Shown here piece by piece: positions 55,963 through 64,000 of a stretch of 64,000 nucleotides of DNA; position 1 is the stretch's first letter; every line of letters starts with the position of its first letter. Below the pieces are notes generated by a model. That model did not search any database and was not told where the DNA came from. It saw only the letters and a list, made by a program, of their open reading frames with translations. The position numbers were made by a program, and so were the translations under genes. The stretch is from Candidatus Nomurabacteria bacterium (GTDB lineage: Bacteria > Patescibacteriota > Minisyncoccia > Phycocordibacterales > CALRBL01): the NCBI GenBank assembly GCA_963834935.1, contig CAWIDS010000001.1, positions 1,338 through 65,337 on the forward strand, given 5' to 3'.

Positions 55963-57195
55963 TTACTCGAACCTCAACGCCTCGATCGGGCTTTTCATCG
56001 AGGCTTGGCGCGCTGGATAGATGCCGAAGGTGAGGCCAACTGCCGCCGAGACGCCGATGCCGAGAAGTGCCGCTCCCCATGGAAAGACGAATTGCCAGCC
56101 GAATGGAATGACATGGGCGAGAATGATCGATATCAGATACGAGGCGCCTGTGCCGAGAATCACTCCGACCAGTCCCCCGAGCAAGGTCAGGATGACAGAC
56201 TCAAAGAGGAATTGGATGAGGATATTCTCGGTCGTCGCGCCCACTGCCTTGCGGAGTCCGATCTCGCGCGTACGCTCAGTGACCGACACAAGCATGATAT
56301 TCATGATGCCGATTCCTCCTACCACAAGCGACACGGCAGCCACAGCCGCAAGGAAATAAGTAAGGGCTCCCGTGATGATGCCGAGGCGGTTGGCGAGGTC
56401 GGCCTGATTGACCAGAGTAAAGTCATCCTTGGTTGAGTCGGTGATATTATGCGAGACTTCGAGCGTATTCTGTATGTCTATCATAGTCGAAGTGATGTTC
56501 GATTCATTGTCCACATCGACGACGATGCGGTCGAAATGCTTCGAACCGAAAAGGTAGTTCTCGGCAGTAGTGTAAGGAATGATGACGCCATCATCAAAAT
56601 TGATGACCGATGATGAGCCTTTCGAAGGAAGGACTCCCACAATCTTGAATGTCTTGTCGTGTATCTTGATCCTCTGTCCGAGCGGATCCTGGTCGGGGAA
56701 AAGCTTGTCTTTCACTTTGGAGCCAATGATCACGATGCTTGAATTGGCATTGACATCGTCGCTGGTGAAGAACGCCCCCTCATCCGGTTCAGCATCAAAA
56801 ATCTGGGGAAGGTTTTCCGACGTTCCGTAAATCGAGACTTGGTACGAATTGCTTTCGAACGAAGCGACATCATTGCCAAAAATGAGAGGAATGACCACGT
56901 TGGCATGAGGAACGTTGTATTTTTTCTGCAAGGCGGCTAAGTCAGCTTCCTTGAGCGACTCAAGGCCGACAGTAGTAGGCGGCCCTTGAAGCTGCCTGCC
57001 CGGCACCACAATGATCGATTTCGTGCCCAGGCCCTGCACTTGCGACAGGATGAGCTTCTGAGCTCCCTGTCCGAGCGAAACGATTAGGATGATTGCCGCG
57101 ATACCTATGACGATACCAAGTACAGTAAGTGACGAGCGCACGCGGTTGGTGGTAAGTCCTGTTATCGATGTGTGCAGATATTCGCTGAAGGTCAT
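55963..57195 (-). CDS. ABC transporter permease (MacB/FtsX type).
   Basis: MacB-like periplasmic domain and C-terminal FtsX 4-TM domain. Confidence 0.85.
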   Translation of the reverse strand: MTFSEYLHTSITGLTTNRVRSSLTVLGIVIGIAAIILIVSLGQGAQKLILSQVQGLGTKSIIVVPGRQLQGPPTTVGLESLKEADLAALQKKYNVPHANVVIPLIFGNDVASFESNSYQVSIYGTSENLPQIFDAEPDEGAFFTSDDVNANSSIVIIGSKVKDKLFPDQDPLGQRIKIHDKTFKIVGVLPSKGSSSVINFDDGVIIPYTTAENYLFGSKHFDRIVVDVDNESNITSTMIDIQNTLEVSHNITDSTKDDFTLVNQADLANRLGIITGALTYFLAAVAAVSLVVGGIGIMNIMLVSVTERTREIGLRKAVGATTENILIQFLFESVILTLLGGLVGVILGTGASYLISIILAHVIPFGWQFVFPWGAALLGIGVSAAVGLTFGIYPARQASMKSPIEALRFE

Positions 57196-57199
57196 TTTT

Positions 57200-57919
57200 T
57201 TATTTTATGAATTCATCGGTGCTTCTCCTGCGTTCGAGCACTTTCTCGTCTTTCACTATCTCTCCGTCCTGAATGCGGATAATGCGCTCCGCGTGCTCCG
57301 CAGTGAATGTCTCGTGGGTGATGAGAAGGATCGTGTGCCCCTGCTCTTCGTTGAGCTTCTGGATGATGTCCATCACCGCCTTTCCGGATATGGAATCAAG
57401 GTTTCCGGTCGGTTCGTCGGCAAAAATGACGCGCGGCTGATTGACCAAAGCGCGAGCGATGGCTACACGCTGCTTCTCTCCTCCGGAAAGCTCCGACGGC
57501 TCGTGCTCAAGCCTGTGCGAGAGGCCGACGGACTGGATAGCGTCTTTTGCCCTTTTATCCCATTCATCTTTTGGAACATTCGAGTAAAGAAGAGGCAGCT
57601 TGACGTTCTCAAGCACGCTTGTCTTTGCAAGCAGATTGAACGACTGGAAGATGAAGCCGATGTCGTGATTGCGGAGCTGTGCCACTTCCTTCTCGGTGAA
57701 ATTCGTTACTGATTTTCCGTCGAAGATATAATCGCCGGAAGTGGAATTATCAAGAAGTCCAAGAATATGAAGCAAGGTAGATTTTCCTGATCCTGACGGA
57801 CCCATGATAGCCAGGAATTCGCCTTTCCTCACTTCGAAAGAAATGCCTTTGAGCACGCGAGTGGTAGTCTCCCCTTCCGTATAATTCTTTATAAGGTTTT
57901 TTACTTCAATGATTGCCAT
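57200..57919 (-). CDS. ABC transporter ATP-binding protein (MacB/LolD type).
   Basis: Walker A GPSGSGKST, ABC signature LSGGEKQR, Walker B VIFADEPT. Confidence 0.9.
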   Translation of the reverse strand: MAIIEVKNLIKNYTEGETTTRVLKGISFEVRKGEFLAIMGPSGSGKSTLLHILGLLDNSTSGDYIFDGKSVTNFTEKEVAQLRNHDIGFIFQSFNLLAKTSVLENVKLPLLYSNVPKDEWDKRAKDAIQSVGLSHRLEHEPSELSGGEKQRVAIARALVNQPRVIFADEPTGNLDSISGKAVMDIIQKLNEEQGHTILLITHETFTAEHAERIIRIQDGEIVKDEKVLERRRSTDEFIK

Positions 57920-57931
57920 TATTTATTCTTT

Positions 57932-59494
57932 TTATGTCCGAGGAGGATTAGTGACGATCGTCTCGCCTTCCGAAAGTCCGCTGGTCACTTCGATATTTCC
58001 CGTGGCGTCGATCAGTCCTGTCTGGATGGTGCGAGTCTCTGTCGTATTGTCGCTTTTCATTACCAGGACGGTTTTGGCGCCGTTCTTAGTGATGACCGCG
58101 CTTTGAGGAACGACTATCACGCCAGGCCGCGTCGGGCTGTCGATATCGATATTGGCGGTCATGCCCGACTTAATGCGGTCATCAGCCGACGTGAACTGAA
58201 GAACTGTCTTGTAAGTGGCAACACCATCTACCTGTGTGCTTCCCTGATCGATGCTCGTGACGACGACGCCGAAATTCACTCCTCCACTGTAGGCGTCAAG
58301 CGTGACATTGCCTTTTTCACCGATTGCTATTTTTGATATATCCGCTTCAGGAATGTAGCTGTCGATCTCGAAATTGTCATTGCTTATCATGGAGATGCCG
58401 GTCGTAGGATCATTGGCATTAACAATCTCACCCTCAGTAAGGTTAGTTTTGGTAATAGTCCCGTCAAACGGCGCGACAATGGTGGTTTTCGCAAGATCGG
58501 CCTCGACTTGAAGCACTCCAGCCTGAGCGCTTTTGACTGCGGCTTCCTGGATAGCGATATCATCCGAGGTAGAACCGGCATTCTTGAGATTCAACTCGGC
58601 CTGCGCGCTCGTGTATGATTGTTCAGCCGCATTGATCGAGTCGATCGCTGCGTTTATGTTCGATCGGGCTACCGAAACATTATTCTGGAAATTCTGTATG
58701 TCAGCAGAAGACATCTGGCTGTCTGGCTGGAAGAGCGCAACAGCAGTCGCAACGTCATTGAGAAAGTCGCGCACCTGATCGAGGTTGGCCTTTGCCTCTG
58801 TGAGATATGAATCATTATATGTTCCATCCTCAAGCGTTGATATGGAAGCAGACCAGCTGGTAAGGGTCTTTTCCAAAGCGCCGCGCTCGGCATTTATCTT
58901 GATTCGGAGGTCGTATGCTGCGCCAGTAGTGTCGCTTGACGGCCCATTGAAAGTAAAGATCTGAGGGGTGGCACTCGTGCTACGGGGATTGACGAAGAAA
59001 GCGTCAGTCTTGTTGTGAATCGCATCGTCTGATTTTACGTAAGCATCAATGATAGAGGATTGAAGCGCGTTCTGAGCCTGGGTGAAAGCTGTTTGCGATA
59101 TGGCGATATCCTCAGGACGGGTGCCATCTTCCGCTTGCTGGAGATTGGCCTGAGCTGATTCGAGAGCGGCCTGCTTGCTGAGCAATGTTGCAGAAAGGTC
59201 ACCGGGGTCGACATAAGCAAGCTCTTGCCCCGCTTTGACCTTATCACCTATATTGACGAGGACCTTATCCACCCTTCCGCCCGTCTCGAAACCGAGCTGA
59301 ACATCATTTGCGGCAGTGACCGTACCTGTTACTGATACCTCTTGATAGAAGTCCTCCTTGGCTACTTTTGCCGTTTGGTAGTTGGAATTGCCTTTATGAG
59401 CCACCGATACCCACGCTGCACCCCCTAATACGAGGATGATAATGGGGATATAAACCTTCTTGAGCTTAAGGATCGAGTATATTTTTTTCATCAT
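57932..59494 (-). CDS. Periplasmic adaptor (HlyD / membrane fusion protein family).
   Basis: N-terminal TM, biotinyl/lipoyl-like hairpin, long coiled coil, beta-barrel. Forms an operon with the ABC ATPase and permease. Confidence 0.8.
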   Translation of the reverse strand: MMKKIYSILKLKKVYIPIIILVLGGAAWVSVAHKGNSNYQTAKVAKEDFYQEVSVTGTVTAANDVQLGFETGGRVDKVLVNIGDKVKAGQELAYVDPGDLSATLLSKQAALESAQANLQQAEDGTRPEDIAISQTAFTQAQNALQSSIIDAYVKSDDAIHNKTDAFFVNPRSTSATPQIFTFNGPSSDTTGAAYDLRIKINAERGALEKTLTSWSASISTLEDGTYNDSYLTEAKANLDQVRDFLNDVATAVALFQPDSQMSSADIQNFQNNVSVARSNINAAIDSINAAEQSYTSAQAELNLKNAGSTSDDIAIQEAAVKSAQAGVLQVEADLAKTTIVAPFDGTITKTNLTEGEIVNANDPTTGISMISNDNFEIDSYIPEADISKIAIGEKGNVTLDAYSGGVNFGVVVTSIDQGSTQVDGVATYKTVLQFTSADDRIKSGMTANIDIDSPTRPGVIVVPQSAVITKNGAKTVLVMKSDNTTETRTIQTGLIDATGNIEVTSGLSEGETIVTNPPRT

Positions 59495-59537
59495 ATTGTT
59501 GTTTATTATACTTTAATATCGGCCAAGTGCACCTTTC

Positions 59538-59879
59538 TTGACAAGAGTAATCCGAAGAGTAAGGTTTGGTCAGATGAAGAAACAAAAGAAAGTCAGCGAC
59601 CGCGATAGCTTGTTGCGCCTCCTGACAAGAAAAATCGAGAAGGAATGGGAGAAAATCGAAAAAGCCTCAAAAAGGGCCACGGGCAAGAAAGCTGCTCCCA
59701 CCTCTCCGTTCCCGATCACCGAAGCATCGTATTTTTCTCAAACAGTCTTCAACCAGATGGTCTCGCGATGGGATATCCGGAGACTAAGAGACATACATAA
59801 AATCCATTTCACGGAAGGAAAGACAGTTGTCAAGGATTTTCTCGACTTTTTCTTCCCTCCGCCCGCCGACTCAACATGA
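59538..59879 (+). CDS. Hypothetical protein.
   Basis: ORF of 113 aa followed by a terminator. Confidence 0.4.
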   Translation: MTRVIRRVRFGQMKKQKKVSDRDSLLRLLTRKIEKEWEKIEKASKRATGKKAAPTSPFPITEASYFSQTVFNQMVSRWDIRRLRDIHKIHFTEGKTVVKDFLDFFFPPPADST

Positions 59880-59893
59880 GCCGGCTTTTTTAT
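59863..59893 (+). terminator. Rho-independent terminator.
   Basis: Hairpin CCGCCGACTCaacatGAGCCGGC followed by TTTTTTATC. Confidence 0.6.
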
Positions 59894-60011
59894 CATAAAA
59901 AACAGACATCCTGGCCTTTATCCTTGCCTCTGAGACTTTCATTTCGGCCTTCTGATCGCCAGTAGCGGTGTTTTTTATGCTTTGATTTTTTTCCAAAGAA
60001 TGAGATAAATA

Positions 60012-60542
60012 GTGCAGAAACTTTCCAATATGAAGCCTCGTTTCACTGAATTCACCCTTTTCGACCACCGCTTGCCGGAAGAGAGACCGACATGCGTCAA
60101 AGCAAGAAGAGATGACTTAATGCATTTGCGATGGACAATCCATTATTTCCTGAGCCGGCGGCTGGTACGGGAATTAGCAGAAGCCCATTCGAGGAAAAAC
60201 CGACTTGAAGGAATAATGCTTCTCAGAGGACACGGTGTAAGGGAATCCGATCATTACCGCTACTGGGACAGCTGGGAACTGAAAAGCTCCCGCCTTGTCC
60301 AGGAATGGATCGACGAGAATGATGGAAGCGCGAACCTTCTCATTATCAGTGCATGCAATCCTGGAAACTATTCCCTCAGTTCAGGAAAATCTATTGTCGT
60401 CCACCCAGACCGGAACATCTCCTATCTGGATCTCCTGAAAAGGGACCGCAACAAATGCATCAGGATCTTCGTTCCCGGAATCGGATATGTCGAGAACAAC
60501 TACCGTCTCTTGAAAAGAACGATTACCTCCCTCTCGGAATAG
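60012..60542 (+). CDS. Hypothetical protein.
   Basis: ORF of 176 aa followed by a strong terminator. Confidence 0.45.
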   Translation: MQKLSNMKPRFTEFTLFDHRLPEERPTCVKARRDDLMHLRWTIHYFLSRRLVRELAEAHSRKNRLEGIMLLRGHGVRESDHYRYWDSWELKSSRLVQEWIDENDGSANLLIISACNPGNYSLSSGKSIVVHPDRNISYLDLLKRDRNKCIRIFVPGIGYVENNYRLLKRTITSLSE

Positions 60543-60551
60543 ATTCGCCCC

Positions 60552-60578
60552 AGAAGCACTTCGTGCTTCTTTTTTTCT
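60552..60578 (+). terminator. Rho-independent terminator.
   Basis: Hairpin AGAAGCACttcGTGCTTCT followed by TTTTTTT. Confidence 0.8.
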
Positions 60579-60615
60579 GGCATAAAATCAGATTATGTGT
60601 TTTAATGGACGGCCT

Positions 60616-62412
60616 ATGGAACAAATCAAAGAACTGCGAAATATCGCCATCATCGCACACGTGGATCACGGAAAAACTACCCTCACTGACGCCCTTATGC
60701 GCCAGACCGGAATGGTAGGCGAAGGAATATCAATGGACTCGAATGCCCTCGAGCAGGAACGTGGCATTACTATTTATGCCAAGAACACTTCTGTCCTCTA
60801 CAAGGGAACGAAGATTAACATCGTGGATACGCCAGGCCATGCCGACTTCGGATCTGAAGTAGAGCGCGTGCTTCGCTCGATCGATTGCGTGCTTTTGGTA
60901 GTGGACGCCCAAGAGGGACCCATGCCTCAGACCCGTTTCGTCCTGAAAAAGTCGCTTGAGCTCGGCATCAAGCCTATCGTGGTCTTGAACAAGATAGACA
61001 AGCCTGCAGCCGACCCTAAACGCGCTGAAGAAGAGATCTTCGAGCTTTTTCTCGACCTCGGAGCTAACGACGAGCAGCTGGACTTCACCACTGTCTATGC
61101 CATCGGACGCCAAGGAATCGCTAAGCGAAAATTAGAAGACGAATCGACCGACCTCACTCCTCTTCTTGACGTTATCCTCGAGAAAGTTCCACCTGCCAAG
61201 AATGATGCAAGCGCTCCCCTCCTTGCCCAGCCTTTCAATCTTGCCTACGACAATTTCCTCGGACGCCTCGGAGTCGCTCGTATCTACAGTGGAACCATCT
61301 CATTCGGCCAGACTATTTTCATAAAAAATCCTACAGGCCATGTGAGAAGCGCAAAGATCACTAAGCTCTATACCTTCGAAGGAGTGACAAAGAAAGAGGT
61401 CCAAAAAGCATACGCAGGCGACATTGTCATCGTTGCCGGAATTCCTGATATCTTCATCGGGGAAACCATTTGCGAAAGCGAATCCCAGGAAGCTCTTCCT
61501 ACAATCAGCATCGACGAACCGACCATCTCCCTCAACTTCATCGTCAACGACTCGCCTTTCGCCGGACGCGAGGGAAAATTTGTTACGGGGCGCCAGATCC
61601 GCGAGCGATTGGAAAAGGAGCTCGAAGTGAACGTCGGACTCAAAGTCGATTTCTCAGAATCGGAAGCCTACAAAGTATACGGCCGAGGCGAGCTTCATAT
61701 CGCCGTCCTGCTCGAAAACATGCGCCGCGAAGGCTATGAGCTTCAGGTCTCGCAGCCGCAGGTAATTATCAAAGAAGAGAACGGAAAGAAAATGGAGCCG
61801 TTTGAAGAAGCAGTCATCGAAGTACCAGAAACTACTTCAGGAATCGTCATTGAGAAAATGGGAAAGCGAAAAGGAATAATGCAGACCATGAAGCAAGATC
61901 GTGGAATCGTCCGGATGACTTTTGAAATCCCTACCCGCGGACTTCTCGGCTACCGAAACGAATTCACTATCGATACCAAAGGTGAAGGAATTCTCTCCAG
62001 CCGTTTCGTCGATTTCAAGCCTTATGCGGGAGTAATTGAAAAACGCGAGGTCGGCTCGATGGTTTCCATGGAAGCAGGAAAAGCTCTTGGCTTCTCGCTT
62101 GGAAACCTCCAGGAACGCGGTCTGCTCTATATCGAGCCGGGACGCGAAGTCTATGTCGGAATGGTCATCGGTAACGTCACCAAAGGAGACGACCTCGACG
62201 TGAATCCTACCAAAGGAAAGCAGCTCACTAACATGCGAGCTTCCGGCTCTGACGATACCATCTATCTCGTTCCTGCCCTCCAAGTGACCATCGAGCGAGG
62301 CCTCGAGCTCATGACCGAAGATGAATATCTTGAAATCACTCCAAAAGATGTCCGCATCCGCAAGAAATACCTCAGCAAGACAGATCGAGCGAAAGCATCC
62401 GCCAAGAAATAA
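60616..62412 (+). CDS. typA: Translational GTPase TypA/BipA.
   Basis: G1 motif [13 protein letters not shown]-like domains. Start [13 protein letters not shown]. The ORF track started 21 nt earlier. Confidence 0.95.
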   Translation: MEQIKELRNIAIIAHVDHGKTTLTDALMRQTGMVGEGISMDSNALEQERGITIYAKNTSVLYKGTKINIVDTPGHADFGSEVERVLRSIDCVLLVVDAQEGPMPQTRFVLKKSLELGIKPIVVLNKIDKPAADPKRAEEEIFELFLDLGANDEQLDFTTVYAIGRQGIAKRKLEDESTDLTPLLDVILEKVPPAKNDASAPLLAQPFNLAYDNFLGRLGVARIYSGTISFGQTIFIKNPTGHVRSAKITKLYTFEGVTKKEVQKAYAGDIVIVAGIPDIFIGETICESESQEALPTISIDEPTISLNFIVNDSPFAGREGKFVTGRQIRERLEKELEVNVGLKVDFSESEAYKVYGRGELHIAVLLENMRREGYELQVSQPQVIIKEENGKKMEPFEEAVIEVPETTSGIVIEKMGKRKGIMQTMKQDRGIVRMTFEIPTRGLLGYRNEFTIDTKGEGILSSRFVDFKPYAGVIEKREVGSMVSMEAGKALGFSLGNLQERGLLYIEPGREVYVGMVIGNVTKGDDLDVNPTKGKQLTNMRASGSDDTIYLVPALQVTIERGLELMTEDEYLEITPKDVRIRKKYLSKTDRAKASAKK

Positions 62413-62434
62413 AAAACCGATCGCAGGGGATCGG
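62411..62434 (-). terminator. Terminator for the minus-strand gene 62455..62778.
   Basis: AAAAAA then CCGATCgcagggGATCGG on the plus strand. Confidence 0.55.
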
Positions 62435-62454
62435 AAATGACTGAGGCTGAAGAA

Positions 62455-62778
62455 CTAAAAGTATTCATAGAAATCATCCTGGACCCACTTTGCTGTCTTC
62501 ATAACCGATAACAGCGAGCTAAACCACTGTTTAAGTGAAGCTATGCCCAACCATGAACAGGCAATGGTAAGCATTATGCCATTGACTGGCCCTGATGTCT
62601 CGAACACCTTCTGACACACATAACCCCCCAAGGCGATGAAAAAGAAGGCCTCGGCCGTAGTGTCAGCGAGGATTTGCAATTGTCCATCCAACCTTGCCCA
62701 AAGGCCTGCCAGGACGACTGCCGCATATACAACGAAAGATGTGAACCAGATACTGGATAAGAAGGTACTCATATGCAA
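62455..62778 (-). CDS. Small membrane protein.
   Basis: ORF of 107 aa with three hydrophobic segments. Confidence 0.45.
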   Translation of the reverse strand: MHMSTFLSSIWFTSFVVYAAVVLAGLWARLDGQLQILADTTAEAFFFIALGGYVCQKVFETSGPVNGIMLTIACSWLGIASLKQWFSSLLSVMKTAKWVQDDFYEYF

Positions 62779-62976
62779 AAAGTAATATCACATTCTGCGG
62801 AAATAATCTATCTTTACTTTGCATTTTATTGATTACCTTGATTTACTCTTGAAGGCGGAGATGATCGAATATGAAAAAGATAATCAGTTTTTTAATAAAG
62901 CTTTTGCTTCACGCCGCGCCTGAAAAGCGCTCGCCACGAAGCGCCTTCGTTCCTGAATGGGATTAAAGTCCCTGCA

Positions 62977-63010
62977 AACAAAAACCCCGCACTTGCGTGC
63001 GGGATTTTTG
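62977..63010. terminator. Bidirectional terminator.
   Basis: AAAAA then CCCGCACttgcGTGCGGG then ATTTTTGTTT. Confidence 0.7.
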
Positions 63011-63042
63011 TTTGAGGAATTTTGCTTTCCTCTCCGAAAAGC

Positions 63043-63333
63043 TTAGAAGCTTCGTCGGTTTCCACCCATTTGTCCCTGAGGTCGTTCCTCACGAGGGCGG
63101 GCTTCGTTGACGGTAAGAGTTCGGCCATCCATGTCTTGTCCGTGGAACATGCTAATCGCTTTTTCAGCGTCAGCGTCTTCCATTTCGACAAAACCGAATC
63201 CTCGGCTCTTTCCTGTCATTTTGTCTGTAATGATCGATGTCGAGACGACTGTTCCTGCTTTTGAGAAAGTTTCTTTCAAGCTCTCTGCAGTCGCTGACCA
63301 TGGAAGATTACCAACATATAACTTTTTTGCCAT
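63043..63333 (-). CDS. RRM-domain RNA-binding protein.
   Basis: RNP-2 LYVGNL and RNP-1 RGFGFVEM. Glycine/arginine tail. Start MAKKLYVGNL. The ORF track over-extended the 5' end. Confidence 0.9.
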   Translation of the reverse strand: MAKKLYVGNLPWSATAESLKETFSKAGTVVSTSIITDKMTGKSRGFGFVEMEDADAEKAISMFHGQDMDGRTLTVNEARPREERPQGQMGGNRRSF

Positions 63334-63552
63334 TTGATTGATTTTCTTTTTTACTATTCTGATTGCAATAGACGACCTTCCTCTCACTTGCGCTTTTGGC
63401 TCCGATTGAGAAATACCTACGAATCACATGTACTATACACTATTTAAAAAGAAAAAGCAAGTAGGTGCACAACTGCCCTTTCAAGCCCACTATATGGGGG
63501 TATAATAATGAGGACAGTAAGCATTATCAATATAAGCTAATCTATTATTTTT

Positions 63553-63789
63553 ATGAAAGGATTACACATGGTTACCTTCATTTTACTCGTTATCGGGGGC
63601 CTCAACTGGCTCCTCGTCGGTCTCTTCAGCTGGGATATAGGCTCATTGCTCGGTGGAATGGGTTCGGGAATTTCCCGTACCATCTACGTACTTGTGGGCA
63701 TTTCCGCCATCATCGAGGTCATCATCCACAAGAAAGTATGCAAGATGTGCGAAACAGAAAAGATGAATAGCTCAGCTCCTAAAATGTAA
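63553..63789 (+). CDS. DUF378 family membrane protein.
   Basis: MKGLHMVTFILLVIGGLNWLLVGLF matches the DUF378 N-terminal signature. Confidence 0.8.
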   Translation: MKGLHMVTFILLVIGGLNWLLVGLFSWDIGSLLGGMGSGISRTIYVLVGISAIIEVIIHKKVCKMCETEKMNSSAPKM

Positions 63790-63811
63790 TCTGACGGCAA
63801 TTTGCTTTTGA

Positions 63812-63838
63812 AATCGCGCTTAGGCGCGATTTTTTATT
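63812..63838 (+). terminator. Rho-independent terminator.
   Basis: Hairpin AATCGCGCttagGCGCGATT followed by TTTTTTATT. Confidence 0.8.
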
Positions 63839-64000
63839 CCATTGACAAAACGCTCGCTTGTGGCATTCTTGGCAAAGACATGAACAAAATATGAAATTCC
63901 TTAAATTGACTCGGCCGGTTGAAATTACTGCACCTACCATGTGCTCAAGCACTTTAGGTCACCGCACCGGAACGATAATCCTCACTCCTCCAGACAGCGT

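Noticed and set aside
62892-63191. 99-aa minus-strand ORF overlapping the RRM gene's 3' end and the bidirectional terminator.
   Set aside because: It reads through a strong terminator hairpin and overlaps the conserved RRM CDS in another frame.
1-64000. CRISPR arrays, rRNA genes, transposases, integrases, phage structural genes, toxin-antitoxin pairs or restriction-modification systems.
   Set aside because: No short regularly spaced direct repeats. No rRNA-like conserved blocks. No DDE, tyrosine or serine recombinase motifs. No recognisable defence enzymes among the ORFs. The only repeats are the 640-bp pilin duplication and the 28-bp inverted repeat.

Overview
This 64-kb window looks like a compact, low-GC (about 43%) bacterial chromosome segment with genes densely packed on both strands. 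It uses the standard genetic code, with TGA and TAA acting as stops.

The gene content suggests a reduced genome, possibly Candidate Phyla Radiation / Patescibacteria-like. Several orthologues are short: SecA 769 aa, UvrA about 868 aa, ProS 413 aa, Zwf 356 aa. Multiple type IV pilins are present.

Recognisable blocks:
- A type IV pilin locus at the left edge carrying a 640-bp perfect repeat.
- A sulfur/metal module: a Fur-family regulator, a CooC-family ATPase and a CysK-like PLP enzyme fused to rhodanese, with cysH nearby.
- The undecaprenyl-diphosphatase gene uppP and a tRNA-Glu(CUC) sharing a palindromic promoter.
- A truncated division/cell-wall cluster, mraZ-rsmH-ftsL-ftsI, followed by grpB, lysS, greA, mrdA-mreC-mreB, proS, rseP and frr.
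- Housekeeping genes ychF, zwf, an ECF sigma/anti-sigma-like pair, mltG, obg, an MYG1-family protein, an AI-2E transporter, secA, dus, a GNAT acetyltransferase and uvrA.
- A second type IV pilus module: pilin, small membrane proteins, a large prepilin-like protein with LVIVD beta-propeller repeats, a GspF-family platform protein (PilC homologue) and an ATPase.
- DedA, a MacAB-like ABC exporter with a HlyD-family adaptor, typA, an RRM RNA-binding protein and a DUF378 protein.

There is no rRNA, no CRISPR array and no transposase or integrase. Many rho-independent terminators share a GC hairpin followed by a TTTTTTATT tail. Several small GC-rich ORFs (52-57% GC) sit in the AT-rich background and are probably accessory or horizontally acquired.

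The strongest candidates for new biology are:
- the Fur-regulated CooC-like (C-x-H variant) plus CysK-rhodanese operon;
- the LVIVD-propeller prepilin inside a pilus operon;
- a perfectly palindromic bidirectional extended -10 promoter that appears to give a leaderless uppP transcript;
- a 28-bp perfect inverted repeat at the dus 3' end.

CDS coordinates follow the supplied ORF track. Non-CDS coordinates were counted by hand from the sequence and may be off by 1-2 nt.
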